Source: an uncultured bacterium (GTDB lineage: Bacteria > Hydrothermota > UBA3072). From it: a stretch of DNA of 64,000 nt. The stretch spans positions 9,609 through 73,608 of the forward strand of contig CAYQMH010000003.1 in assembly GCA_964418485.1 (NCBI GenBank), given 5' to 3'. Under the pieces are notes generated by a model. It had not been told where the DNA came from. It was given only the letters and a program-made list of their open reading frames with translations, and searched no databases. Positions 1 through 9,813 of the stretch are shown here, in pieces; the first letter of the stretch is position 1; each line of letters starts with the position of its first letter. Made by a program: the position numbers and the translations under genes.

Positions 1-2
1 CT

Positions 3-1433
3 CCTTTTAATCTTTCCGTTCTTGCCTGGGTTTCTTTTATTCCCCTGTTTTATTCTCTTCGAGACGGAAAATTTCCTTATCTGAAGGGTTTTATTATGGG
101 CTTTGCTTTTTTTTCTACACTTCTTTATTGGCTTGCCTTCTCGGATGTGGTAGAAGGTACGATTGTTCCACTTGTAGTTCTTGGGTCTTTTCTTTTGGTG
201 GTATATCTTGCTTCTTTCTTCGGTTTCTCGGGTATTTTGTATGATAAGTTGAATAAAAGAGGCTATCTCTACTTATTCCCGATAGTTTTTGCGGGGCTTG
301 AGTTCCTGCGGAGTCTTTCTTCCGTATGGGGTTTTACCTGGGGTTCGGTTGGCTTTTCCCAGAGCAATTTAATACATCTAATCCAGTTTGCCTCCATAGG
401 CGGCTTGCCTCTTGTTACTTTGTGGGTACTTTTTTTAAATATATTTTTATATTTATTTCTTAAGAGTTTAAATGAAAAAAAGAAAGATAAAACAATTTAC
501 TTATTTTCTTTTCTTTCTTTACTGATAATTCCTTTTGTATATTCACAAGGTATACTCAATAGAGGTAATTTATATGGCGAATATAAAACCATTGGAGTAA
601 TACAACCCAATGTTTTACCGGCAGATAAAAGGAAAAGCGGTTTTGATAGATTATTAAAAATAAGAAATATTATTGAAAATTGTCCCCAAGCCGATTTATA
701 CGTATTATCGGAAACTGCTTCTCCTTTTCCGATTTTCTACAACTATGAAGCAGAGAGCTTTTTTCGTGAGCTTGCAAAACAAAAGAATGCCCCTATAATT
801 ACCGGTACGATTGACTATAAAAAGCAAGAAGGAAAAGTTGCATATTTTAATACGGCATCAATCGTAGATTCATCGGGCATTAGGGGCGTCTATAGAAAAA
901 TCTTTCTTGTTCCCTTTGTAGAAAGACTGCCTTTCGATGACGTAATTCCAGATTTGAAGAAAATTAATTTAGGACAGGGTGATTTTACTCCTGGTTCCGA
1001 ATTTGCCGTATTTGATGTCGATGGTGTAGTATTTTCCGTTTACATTTGTTATGAGGCAATTTTTCCTCAACTGGTAAGAGAGTTTGTAATAGGTGGGGCT
1101 AAAATGCTTGTGAATATCACCGAGGATGGTTGGTTTGGTAGAACTAACGGACCTTATCAGCATGCTCAAATGGCTGCTTTTCAATCGATAATATTCCGGA
1201 GGGCTGTTGTAAGATCGGCGAACACCGGTATTTCGCTTGTCTCTGATCCTTATGGTAGAATTATAAAGAAAACCCGGATTTTTTGTGAGGATTTTATTGT
1301 TTGTGAAGTTCCTTTGTTAGAATGTAAAACCATCTATGCGAGAATAGGTAATATTTTTGGATGGATTTTTTTGTTTTTTGTTTTGTTAATAATTGTATCG
1401 GAACCGATAATAAGGAAAAATAAGAAAAGATGA
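3..1433 (+). CDS. lnt: Apolipoprotein N-acyltransferase, 5'-truncated by the window edge
   Basis: Frame is open from the window start (PFNLSVLAWVSLIPLF..., a typical Lnt N-terminus). TM region, then CN-hydrolase motifs LSETA, YRKIFLVPFVE, ICYEAIF, NITEDGWFG, VRSANTGIS. Confidence 0.95.
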   Translation, partial: PFNLSVLAWVSFIPLFYSLRDGKFPYLKGFIMGFAFFSTLLYWLAFSDVVEGTIVPLVVLGSFLLVVYLASFFGFSGILYDKLNKRGYLYLFPIVFAGLEFLRSLSSVWGFTWGSVGFSQSNLIHLIQFASIGGLPLVTLWVLFLNIFLYLFLKSLNEKKKDKTIYLFSFLSLLIIPFVYSQGILNRGNLYGEYKTIGVIQPNVLPADKRKSGFDRLLKIRNIIENCPQADLYVLSETASPFPIFYNYEAESFFRELAKQKNAPIITGTIDYKKQEGKVAYFNTASIVDSSGIRGVYRKIFLVPFVERLPFDDVIPDLKKINLGQGDFTPGSEFAVFDVDGVVFSVYICYEAIFPQLVREFVIGGAKMLVNITEDGWFGRTNGPYQHAQMAAFQSIIFRRAVVRSANTGISLVSDPYGRIIKKTRIFCEDFIVCEVPLLECKTIYARIGNIFGWIFLFFVLLIIVSEPIIRKNKKR

Positions 1434-2803
1434 TAAAGAAACAGAGTCTTGAGAGTCTTCTTAGAAAGATTAAACCATTACAAAAGATAAAGAAATACGC
1501 AGATAAAGCGAATAAAAAAGTCTATCTTGTGGGGGGAATGCTAAGAGATCTTCTGCTTGGTTTTGAAATATGCGATATTGATATTGCAATAAGTGGTAAA
1601 GGTCAGGATTTTGCCAAGGTTCTGGGTAAATATTTTCGGTTAAAAAAAGGCTTAAATGAGTTTAGAGTAACCAGCGAAGACGTGAGTATCGATGTTTTAG
1701 GCCTTGGTTCTACAGAAATTTTTGAAGACCTGGGAAGAAGAGATTTTACAATAAACGCTATGGCGTATAATCTTCTGGATAAACGTTTTATAGATCCTTT
1801 TAACGGTGTTAAAGATCTTGAAAATGGAATCATTAGAACTATGGGAAGAAAGAATATTGTGGAAGACAGTTGTAGGATCTTAAGGGGATTGCGTTTTAGA
1901 GCTCATCTTGGTTTTGAAATCGAGGAAAATACCGCGGTTCTATTTAAGGAGTATGCAAGTAAGCTATCTGAAGTTGCTCCGGAGAGGATACATTTTGAAC
2001 TGATGTCGCTATTTCAGGCTGACAAAACTCACCTTGCAGTAGTTCCCGAAATTTTCGATAAAATATTTCCCGGGTTTTTGAAGATGGAAGAAGTTAAAGG
2101 AGGAAAAATCTCGGAAAATCTTCTGGAACACTCAATATTAACTCTTGAAAAAATGGAGACTCTTTCTAAGGACTTCTCTTTATTTGGTTATCACAAAAAG
2201 AAAATTGAAGCTTATTATTCGGAAAATAAGATCGGTCTAAAAATAGCCGCCCTCTTACATGACATAAAGAAACCTGAAGCGATGAAAATGGATGGAAGTG
2301 AGGTTCATTTTTACGGACATGATAAAATGGCTTCAGATTGGTTTAAAAAAATTGGTAAAGAGCTGAAGTTCTCAACAGATGAGAAAAACTATATTTCTAA
2401 GCTGATTTTGCATCATATGTGGATTCACCTTCTCACCGCTGGGCAGGAGGTAACAGAAAAAGCTAAAAGAAGATTATGTTTCGAATTGGGACCGGATGTA
2501 ATAGGATTATCTTTACTTTCGAGTGCAGATCAGGCTGCTACAACCGGGGTAATAGACCCTCATTTAACGGAAGTATGTAAGGAAATAATTGGCTATTATT
2601 TTTCGATGAAGGATGAGGTGGAAAAACCATTGTTAAAAGGTAGAGATCTTATCGAGAATTTTAGTCTTAGTCCTGGGCCTGTTTTTGGTCAGATTTTAAG
2701 TAGAGTGCAAATAGCTTATGAAGAAGGAAAAATTAAAACAAAGGAAGAAGCTCTTGATTTCGTCAGGAAGGATATAAAGGGGCTTGACATAAAAGAGCGA
2801 TGA
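1430..2803 (+). CDS. CCA tRNA nucleotidyltransferase / poly(A) polymerase family protein with HD domain
   Basis: LVGGMLRD, DIDI, DLGRRDFTINAMA, EDSCRILRGLRF; HD motif ALLHDIKKP; C-terminal PLLKGRDL...PGPVFGQIL. CCA versus PAP activity cannot be resolved from motifs. Confidence 0.88.
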   Translation: MIKKQSLESLLRKIKPLQKIKKYADKANKKVYLVGGMLRDLLLGFEICDIDIAISGKGQDFAKVLGKYFRLKKGLNEFRVTSEDVSIDVLGLGSTEIFEDLGRRDFTINAMAYNLLDKRFIDPFNGVKDLENGIIRTMGRKNIVEDSCRILRGLRFRAHLGFEIEENTAVLFKEYASKLSEVAPERIHFELMSLFQADKTHLAVVPEIFDKIFPGFLKMEEVKGGKISENLLEHSILTLEKMETLSKDFSLFGYHKKKIEAYYSENKIGLKIAALLHDIKKPEAMKMDGSEVHFYGHDKMASDWFKKIGKELKFSTDEKNYISKLILHHMWIHLLTAGQEVTEKAKRRLCFELGPDVIGLSLLSSADQAATTGVIDPHLTEVCKEIIGYYFSMKDEVEKPLLKGRDLIENFSLSPGPVFGQILSRVQIAYEEGKIKTKEEALDFVRKDIKGLDIKER

Positions 2804-2837
2804 AATATCTTGAAATAAGGAAAGGAGGAACGAGCAA

Positions 2838-3320
2838 ATGAAGATTAGGTTTATTAAAGCGATATTTGTTTTTGCTTTATTATTTGTTTTTGTTGTTGGT
2901 TGCGAAAAAGAAAGTAAATTTACTCCGCCCGAAGACGGAGTAGTAACTAAAAGAATGGCTGAAAGATATGTAAAGGTTTCCATTGCTCTCACCAAACTTG
3001 CGGAAAGCGAAACGGTAAAACTCGCGGAACTCAGAAAAAAACATGGGATTTCTTCAAGTATGGCTGAACTTAAAGATGAAGAGTATAAAGAGAAATATCC
3101 GGAGGTGGTAGCTGCATGGGATTCTATACTTGAAGATTGGAACAAAAAACAGGATTCGATTCATAAAGAGTTTGGTATGCCAGAGGAGGAATGGAATTGG
3201 ATAGCAGGGGCTATTATTATGAATAAAAATAAGGAAGTGCGAGAATTTATTCGGGAAGAATTTGATAGAATAAAAAAAGAATTAGACTCACTGCCGATAC
3301 AGCCCACAGATAGTAACTAA
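2838..3320 (+). CDS. Hypothetical helical lipoprotein
   Basis: AGGAGG RBS; signal peptide ending in lipobox VVGC; upstream TTGACA-N16-TATCTT. Confidence 0.75.
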   Translation: MKIRFIKAIFVFALLFVFVVGCEKESKFTPPEDGVVTKRMAERYVKVSIALTKLAESETVKLAELRKKHGISSSMAELKDEEYKEKYPEVVAAWDSILEDWNKKQDSIHKEFGMPEEEWNWIAGAIIMNKNKEVREFIREEFDRIKKELDSLPIQPTDSN

Positions 3321-3999
3321 ATAAATGTAAATCCTTTTTTATTATTAACTTATAAAATACCCACAAAGCGAGGAGTCCCGAGAAGAAAGCAGCCAGGACT
3401 CCGGGAATTAAACTTAAGACTTCTACTTTAGTTCCCAAAATATCCGGTATATTAATTATGAAGGCTCCCAAGAGAGCCGGTATTGCGAGAATGAACGAGA
3501 ATTCGAATGCCCTCTTTCTTGTTACTCCGAGAAGTAACGCCGTAGCCACTGTGAAACCCGAGCGGGAAATTCCGGGTGTTAATGCTATAGCTTGAGCTAT
3601 GCCTATAATAAAAGCCGTTTTTAAATCGAGTTCTTCTTTGTTCTCTTTAGGATTTCTGCTTAAAAACAGTAAAAGCCCGGTCAAAGAAAGTGTAACAGTT
3701 ACGAGTAAATAGTTGTTGAATAATAGTTCGATTTCGTCTTTAAAAAGAATACCTATAAGAGCAATTGGTATTGTTCCTACAATTATTGTAAGTAATTTTT
3801 CTTTAGTTACATAATCCGATAATTTTCTCCGAAAGAATATAATTATTGCTAACAGAGTCGCAAAATGAAGAGTTGCTTCCATTATCGTACCTTCACTGTG
3901 GAAATTAAGCCAGTGCTTTAGGATAACCAAGTGTCCGGAACTGGATACGGGAAGAAATTCGGTTAAACCCTGAACGATCCCTAATATTAACGATTTCAT
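3247..3999 (-). CDS. uppP: Undecaprenyl-diphosphate phosphatase (BacA family)
   Basis: GIVQGLTEFLPVSSSGH and QAIALTPGISRSG signature motifs. Confidence 0.95.
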   Translation of the reverse strand: MKSLILGIVQGLTEFLPVSSSGHLVILKHWLNFHSEGTIMEATLHFATLLAIIIFFRRKLSDYVTKEKLLTIIVGTIPIALIGILFKDEIELLFNNYLLVTVTLSLTGLLLFLSRNPKENKEELDLKTAFIIGIAQAIALTPGISRSGFTVATALLLGVTRKRAFEFSFILAIPALLGAFIINIPDILGTKVEVLSLIPGVLAAFFSGLLALWVFYKLIIKKDLHLFSYYLWAVSAVSLILFLFYQILPE

Positions 4000-4820
4000 T
4001 AAATCCTACTTAAAATTAGTGATATAACGCCTGGCATAATTAGAAGTTTCAGTATTCTTTGTGTATTGGCAAACCAGGTAGGAGTAGCTTTCGCTCTTTT
4101 AATCATAATTAAAACGGGCAAAACGATTCCTGGAATAGCGCAAGCTGCGAAAAGTTTACCGAATATTAATGAGTTGAAACATGTCCACAAAATCAGTATC
4201 CATAATGTTAGAACAGCTAAATTACGGGTACGTCTTATGCCGGATACAACCGGGAAAGTACGTAAGTTAGCTTTTCTATCTCCTATGAAATCTTCTCCGT
4301 CTTTCAGTATTTCTCTTGGAAGACTAAGGGCAAATATCAATGAAGCGGGCAATATAGCATTTTTTAGAGTGAGAAAGGCTCCTGAAGCCACAGCTCCGAC
4401 TATAATAGTAAGAGAAAGCAAGAAAGACACAGTAATGTTTCCTATTAGAGGGCGTTTTTTTAAAACGGGTGTGTATATAATGAGCAGGAAAGTAGTTGCC
4501 AATCCAAGTTTTAATAAATTTAAGTCAAGAATGGTTAGTAAAATATTGCCTGACGTAAAAAGAGAAATAGAAATTAGTAAAGCTTGTTTTTTCTTCAATT
4601 TGCCGGATGGTATAGGCCGTTCGGGTCTATTTATTTCGTCGGTTTCGACGTCGAAATAATCATTAATCAGGTTTCCGGCTATGGTTATTATTACGACTGA
4701 CAAAGCGGCAAGATAAACATAAATTCCGATATAAGCAGGGGTAAGGTAACCTCCAAGAATTACGACTCCACCTGCTATTAAGGCGTTAAGAATCCTCATT
4801 TTTTTAACCGGTGAGAGCAC
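3999..4820 (-). CDS. UbiA-family prenyltransferase, DGGGP synthase (geranylgeranylglycerol-phosphate geranylgeranyltransferase)-like
   Basis: NLINDYFDVETDEINRPERPIPSG and REILKDGEDFIGDRKANLRTFP Asp-rich motifs; KRPLIGNITVS. Start is either GTG 4820 or ATG 4799. Confidence 0.75.
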   Translation of the reverse strand: MLSPVKKMRILNALIAGGVVILGGYLTPAYIGIYVYLAALSVVIITIAGNLINDYFDVETDEINRPERPIPSGKLKKKQALLISISLFTSGNILLTILDLNLLKLGLATTFLLIIYTPVLKKRPLIGNITVSFLLSLTIIVGAVASGAFLTLKNAILPASLIFALSLPREILKDGEDFIGDRKANLRTFPVVSGIRRTRNLAVLTLWILILWTCFNSLIFGKLFAACAIPGIVLPVLIMIKRAKATPTWFANTQRILKLLIMPGVISLILSRI

Positions 4821-4918
4821 AGAATTTTTATTTCTTCTTTTCTCTGTGTTCTCTGTGTTTTTTTCTTTTTTAACACAATTATTTCTCTGTGTTCTCTGTG
4901 GTTAGTGTTTTTTCAATT
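4806..4918. repeat. Dispersed ~110-bp palindromic intergenic repeat, copy A (CACAGA...CTCTGTG family)
   Basis: Aligns by eye end to end with 49855-49968; contains CTCTGTGTTCTCTGTG twice and a degenerate left arm ACCGGTGAGAGCACAGA. Confidence 0.85.
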
Positions 4919-4919
4919 G

Positions 4920-6914
4920 TCAGGAGATTTTTGACCCCGCGGGGACGTTGCTATCGGGAGTAATGATAGAAAGTTTGTCGCCGCTACTTGCAGCAAGAAG
5001 CATACCTTCCGATGTGATTCCGCGTATAGTTGCGGGTTCTAAATTCGTTATAACCACTATTTTCTTATTTAACAACTGTTCCGGAGTATATTGTTGTTTA
5101 ACTCCGGCTATTAGTGTGCGTTTTTCTCCTGTATTAACGGTAAGTTTATAGAGTTTGTCTGCTCCCTCTACATCTTCGACTTTTTCTACTATTCCTACTT
5201 TCAGGCCCATTTGTGTGAAATCGTCTATTGTAACATGATTCATGTTTAACCTCCTCAATTGTTTTTCTATATCCTCGTCTTCAATTTTTTTGAAAAGCGG
5301 TTCGATTTTTCCGGTTTTGTGGTCGCCTGGCACCTCTATTTCTTTAAGCCTGGACCATTCTTTTTCTTCGAGTTTTAAAAATGAAAAGATTTTCTCTGTG
5401 CTGAAAGGTACGAAAAGTTTTCCTATTGTAGCCAAAACGTGGATTAAGTGAGAACAGAGATAAATCGTAGTAGCCATGCGATCCGGGTCATTTTTCCTGC
5501 TTTCCCAGGGTTTCATTTGATCGTAATATATGTTTCCCGTTGTGCTTATTTTCATCCATAATCTTATAGCTTGCCTGAAGTTAAATTTTGAAAGAGAGGT
5601 ATCTAATTTGTCTATAATTGAATTAACTTCCGATAGCATTTCTTTGTCTTCTTCTGATAAATCCTTCGGTTTGGGAATCTTACCTTCATTATATTTGTCA
5701 ATAAATTTTAGCGTTCTATTTACGAAGTTCCCAAAATTATTTATAAGTTCCTGGTTAACTCTTTCCTGAAATTCCTTCCATTTAAATTCAGAATCCCTTG
5801 TTTCGGGCATTATACTGCATAAATAGTATCTTAAAAAGTCGGGTTCAAAGCTTTCCAGGTATTTATGTAACCAGATAGCCCAATTTCTGCTTGTGGAGAT
5901 TCGCTTACCCTCCAAATTTAAATACTCGTTTGCCGGTATTTCATCCGGCAGAGTGAATTTTTTAGTACCCATGATGATCGCAGGCCATATTATACCGTGA
6001 AACACGATGTTGTCCTTTCCTATAAAGTGGATTAAAGTGGTGTTCGGGTTCTCCCAGTAGTCTTTCCATCTGTCCGGTTGTCCAATTTTTTCTGCCCATT
6101 CAATTGTTGAAGATATGTATCCGAGAGGAGCATCGAACCACACATAAAGGACTTTGTTGTCCGGAGCATCATCCAGAGGAACAGGTACACCCCAATTAAG
6201 ATCTCTTGTGATCGCTCGAGGGCGGAGACCTTCTTTTAGCCAGCCTTTAAGATAGCTTTTTACTGTTTTTCTCCAGTTCTTTTTTTCTATCCACTTTTCT
6301 AATTGACTTTGAAATTTGTCCAGCAGAAGGTACCAGTGTTTGGTTTCCTTCTTTATTGGCTCTCCTCCACATAATTTACACCTGGGATTTATTAATTGGT
6401 CCGCCTCCAGCCAACTCCCGCAGGAATCGCAGGAATCTCCTCTTGCTTCTTCAAAATCACAGTATGGACAGGTTCCTTCAACGTATCTATCGGGAAGGAA
6501 TTTCTTACAGTTTTCACAGTAAAATTCTTTACTTGTTTTTGCTTCTATAAAGCCATTTTCGTATAATTCGAGGAAAATCTTTTGCGATAAATCATGATGT
6601 ATTTTTCTTGAAGTTCCCGAAAAATTGTCAAATTCAACTCCTAAATTTTTTAGAGATTCGTGTATAATTTTATGGTAACGTTTTACAAGTTCTTCAGGTG
6701 AAATTCCTTCTTTTTCTGCAGAGATAGTTATTGGAACTCCGTTTTCATCGGTGCCACAGATGTAAATTACTTCTTTATTTTTTTTTCGCAAATACCGGGT
6801 ATAAATGTCCGCAGGAAGATATACCCCAGCGAGGTGCCCAATGTGTATTGGCCCGTTTGCGTAAGGCAGGGCGCCTGTTACTATTATTTTTTCTTTTTTA
6901 TTACTCTGATCCAA
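4920..6914 (-). CDS. metG: Methionine--tRNA ligase with C-terminal tRNA-binding OB domain
   Basis: ALPYANGPIHIGH (HIGH), Zn knuckles, YVWFDAP, KRISTS (KMSKS equivalent), C-terminal ITNLEPATIRGITSEGMLLAA. Confidence 0.97.
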   Translation of the reverse strand: MDQSNKKEKIIVTGALPYANGPIHIGHLAGVYLPADIYTRYLRKKNKEVIYICGTDENGVPITISAEKEGISPEELVKRYHKIIHESLKNLGVEFDNFSGTSRKIHHDLSQKIFLELYENGFIEAKTSKEFYCENCKKFLPDRYVEGTCPYCDFEEARGDSCDSCGSWLEADQLINPRCKLCGGEPIKKETKHWYLLLDKFQSQLEKWIEKKNWRKTVKSYLKGWLKEGLRPRAITRDLNWGVPVPLDDAPDNKVLYVWFDAPLGYISSTIEWAEKIGQPDRWKDYWENPNTTLIHFIGKDNIVFHGIIWPAIIMGTKKFTLPDEIPANEYLNLEGKRISTSRNWAIWLHKYLESFEPDFLRYYLCSIMPETRDSEFKWKEFQERVNQELINNFGNFVNRTLKFIDKYNEGKIPKPKDLSEEDKEMLSEVNSIIDKLDTSLSKFNFRQAIRLWMKISTTGNIYYDQMKPWESRKNDPDRMATTIYLCSHLIHVLATIGKLFVPFSTEKIFSFLKLEEKEWSRLKEIEVPGDHKTGKIEPLFKKIEDEDIEKQLRRLNMNHVTIDDFTQMGLKVGIVEKVEDVEGADKLYKLTVNTGEKRTLIAGVKQQYTPEQLLNKKIVVITNLEPATIRGITSEGMLLAASSGDKLSIITPDSNVPAGSKIS

Positions 6915-7687
6915 GTGTCACCTTTTCTTTTGATTTCTTCAATGGAAATTTCTTCCTGGGTTTCGTCCGGATTTGAAACGGTTACAATACCTGTTAACAT
7001 ATTTCTATGAAGAACCGTGCTGTTTCCTTTCTCGGTTTTTATTATGTTTTCTCTTTCGGGGAATTCCCGGGCAACTGTATCGTAAAAATCTTGTTCAAAT
7101 TGCAAGCAACATAGTAGCCTTCCACATAGACCGGAAATTTTTGAAGGGCTTATATATATATCCTGATTTCTTGCGGTTTCAAGCTTTACTCTTGGCTTTT
7201 CCGAGAGGTAAATATTACAGCAAAGCGTATTTCCGCACAATCCTAATCCTCCGGTAAATCCGGCATAATCCCGGACTCCGATATGTCTCAGTTCTATTAT
7301 ACAATTAAACTGTTTCTTTAAATCCTTTACAAGAGCTCTGAAGTCTATTCTTTTATCGGCGAGGAAGTAAAATTTATACCTTTTTCCATTCCATTCTTTA
7401 TCTACCCCGACTACTTTCATGGCAAGCCTATGATGTTTTATCCTTTTTTTACAGAATTCCAGGGCTTTTTCTTCATCTTTTAGGATTTCTTCTAATTTCT
7501 CTTTTTCGCTATCGTAAATGATATGTAATACTTTACCTTCAGGTTGCAATTTAGAGTGAATTTGATTTCCTGCTGTGCCCACGAATCGTTCATTTTTTAT
7601 TTCGCAGAGTATATACTCTCCGTTCTTGAGTGTAAACTCAGATTCCATAGGATATTTTATACCGTGAAATTTTACAGAGTACAACAT
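6884..7687 (-). CDS. ricT: PSP1 / RicT (YaaT)-family Fe-S regulatory protein
   Basis: FYFLADKRIDFRALVKDL, IELRHIGVRD, GGLGLCGNTLCC, KISGLCGRLLCCL; conserved holB-ricT-metG order. Confidence 0.9.
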   Translation of the reverse strand: MLYSVKFHGIKYPMESEFTLKNGEYILCEIKNERFVGTAGNQIHSKLQPEGKVLHIIYDSEKEKLEEILKDEEKALEFCKKRIKHHRLAMKVVGVDKEWNGKRYKFYFLADKRIDFRALVKDLKKQFNCIIELRHIGVRDYAGFTGGLGLCGNTLCCNIYLSEKPRVKLETARNQDIYISPSKISGLCGRLLCCLQFEQDFYDTVAREFPERENIIKTEKGNSTVLHRNMLTGIVTVSNPDETQEEISIEEIKRKGDTWIRVIKKKK

Positions 7688-8574
7688 CAGATCTTTAACA
7701 GAAGGTAAAATATTATTTTTTCCGTACCTATATTTGAGTAGTAGTACCTGTAAGCATTTTTCAAGGGTTCAAAAGTATTCCATGCTTTACTAAATGTAAT
7801 TTCTTTGTTTTTATATTTATCTTCAATTTTTTTCTGTAAATACTGTAAAATAAATTCTATTTTCCATTCTTTTTTTATTTCTTCGGACCAGTTTTTTAGG
7901 CGTGACTTAGCTGGCAGATAAAAAAACATTTTCTCTATACTTTCTTCAAATTCTTTTTGGGAATTTAAAAATAGAGTTTCTTCTATTCCTCTTCCGAAAC
8001 GACTGATAGTTTCACTTTTCAAGATTTCTTTCTGCAGGGGTATGGGTAGAGGGCCAAATCTTACATTCTGGCTTCTGGATATGATTGTTTCAGGTAAACG
8101 GTGTTTTTTTGATGTTATAAGGATAAATATTACGTTTGAAGGTGGTTCTTCAAGAATTTTCAAAAAAGCATTAAACCCTTCTTTTGTTGTTTTGTCGGCA
8201 TGGGCTATTATTACGACTTTCCATTTATTCTCCATGGGAGTAATATATGAATAATCCTGTAATTTTCGAACAGTATCGATAGAAATGTGCGCGTTTATTT
8301 CTCTAAGTTTGAAGTATTCTTTATTCCTTCTCATCTTCATTATTTCCTTATTTTCATATTCTTTGAATTCCGGAAAGATAATTGCGAGATCCGGATGAGT
8401 ACCTTTAAAAGTTCTATTTCTATCTTTGAGTATTTCTGCGGCAAAATGTAATGCCATGGATAGCTTGCCGACCCCGGGTGGGCCGTAGAACAAAAATGTG
8501 GAAGGAAACTTTCCTGTTTTCAAAATCGTGGATAAGATTTTCTTTGGAATCGTTTGTCCTTTTATTTCTTCCAT
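7687..8574 (-). CDS. holB: DNA polymerase III delta-prime subunit
   Basis: FLFYGPPGVGK, THPDL, ISIDTVR, FNAFLKILEEPP, LPETIISRSQ; synteny with ricT. Confidence 0.85.
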   Translation of the reverse strand: MEEIKGQTIPKKILSTILKTGKFPSTFLFYGPPGVGKLSMALHFAAEILKDRNRTFKGTHPDLAIIFPEFKEYENKEIMKMRRNKEYFKLREINAHISIDTVRKLQDYSYITPMENKWKVVIIAHADKTTKEGFNAFLKILEEPPSNVIFILITSKKHRLPETIISRSQNVRFGPLPIPLQKEILKSETISRFGRGIEETLFLNSQKEFEESIEKMFFYLPAKSRLKNWSEEIKKEWKIEFILQYLQKKIEDKYKNKEITFSKAWNTFEPLKNAYRYYYSNIGTEKIIFYLLLKI

Positions 8575-8578
8575 ATAT

Positions 8579-9682
8579 TTATAGTTTTATATAATTAAAA
8601 GGATTAACCGCTTTGCCGTTTTTTCTTATTTCAAAGTGAAGAGTGGGGTTTTTTACCGAACCGGTTTGCCCTACTTTACCGATAATATCTCCCGCTTCGA
8701 CCTCTGTTCCATTTTCTACTGTAGCGGAAGCAAGATGGCTATAGAGGGTTATCAATCCATCTCCGTGTTGTATTAGGATCATTTTACCATAACCAAGAAA
8801 ATTATCACTATATACAACTTTTCCCGGTGCTACTGCTTCTACATCTGTTCCCCAGGGGACTTCGATATCTATTCCTCTGTTGATAGTTTCTGTTCCGTAC
8901 TTTTCTTCTCTTCTCTTTCCAAAATATGCGGTTACCATTCCATTTACCGGTAATTTTACTATTTTTTCGGTAAAGTATCTGCTGGCCGGGGTTTCCCCTT
9001 GTCTGGAAAGACTTCTGATTAATTTTTCCAGATCTTCCATCGCTTTTTCCATTTCTTTGGACATCGCTACAGCTTTTTTGCTTTCTCCCTCAATTTCATT
9101 TAAATACTCATTTTTTTCTTTTTTTGTCTTTGCTAAAGCAATTTCTTGATCTTTAACCTCGTATAATATTTCGTCCAGAATGGCTGCTTTTTTTTCGATT
9201 CTTTCACTTTGCGATTTAAGGCGATCTTCTAACCTCTCAATTTCATCAAGAACTCTTTTATCCTGGTCTGCAATTATAGTAAGAAATTTTACTCTCTTTA
9301 ATGCATCAGAAAACGAATAAGACAGTAATATTACTTCTATAGGGTGCAGAGGTCCGTGTATATATATATCTTTAATTCTATTGCCTAATATTTCTCTCTT
9401 TTCTTGAAGTCTATAATGTATTTCATTCATAAGAAGTTCGATATTCTTTTTTTCTTCATTTGTTATTTGTTTTTTTCTTTTGAGGACATTAATGAGTTCT
9501 GTATTTAAGCTTATTTCTTTATCGAGTTCCTGTATGTTTTTTAAAATGTCGGTTTTTTCAAATTTCAACTCAGCTATTTTTTCTTTTTGTTCTTTTAATT
9601 GAGCCCTTAGAATTCGGAGTCTTTCTTCCGGAGATTGTACCTCGGCAGAAAGAAGGGTGATTAATAGGAAAAAGTAAAACAT
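8579..9682 (-). CDS. EnvC-like murein hydrolase activator: signal peptide, coiled coil, M23 domain
   Basis: Probable start ATG 9682 (MFYFFLLITLLSAE); long coiled coil; M23 region NRGIDI...TLYSHL...LHFEIR, with N in place of the first Zn-ligand His as in EnvC. Confidence 0.88.
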   Translation of the reverse strand: MFYFFLLITLLSAEVQSPEERLRILRAQLKEQKEKIAELKFEKTDILKNIQELDKEISLNTELINVLKRKKQITNEEKKNIELLMNEIHYRLQEKREILGNRIKDIYIHGPLHPIEVILLSYSFSDALKRVKFLTIIADQDKRVLDEIERLEDRLKSQSERIEKKAAILDEILYEVKDQEIALAKTKKEKNEYLNEIEGESKKAVAMSKEMEKAMEDLEKLIRSLSRQGETPASRYFTEKIVKLPVNGMVTAYFGKRREEKYGTETINRGIDIEVPWGTDVEAVAPGKVVYSDNFLGYGKMILIQHGDGLITLYSHLASATVENGTEVEAGDIIGKVGQTGSVKNPTLHFEIRKNGKAVNPFNYIKL

Positions 9683-9813
9683 TAGTTTATCCCAGTAGTT
9701 TATTATTGGTTTTGAGTGAGTCTTCCGGTATTTTGTTGTTTTCTTTAAAGAACAATAATATTCTTTTTTTAAATGCAAAGAAGACGCCGATAAGAGTGAT
9801 TATAAAATTCTTC

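Noticed and set aside
4066-4659. 197-aa plus-strand ORF and similar long antisense ORFs (e.g. 20939-21475, 24094-24642, 11580-12032)
   Set aside because: They lie opposite well-supported genes, lack motifs and RBS, and are best explained as shadows of codon bias.
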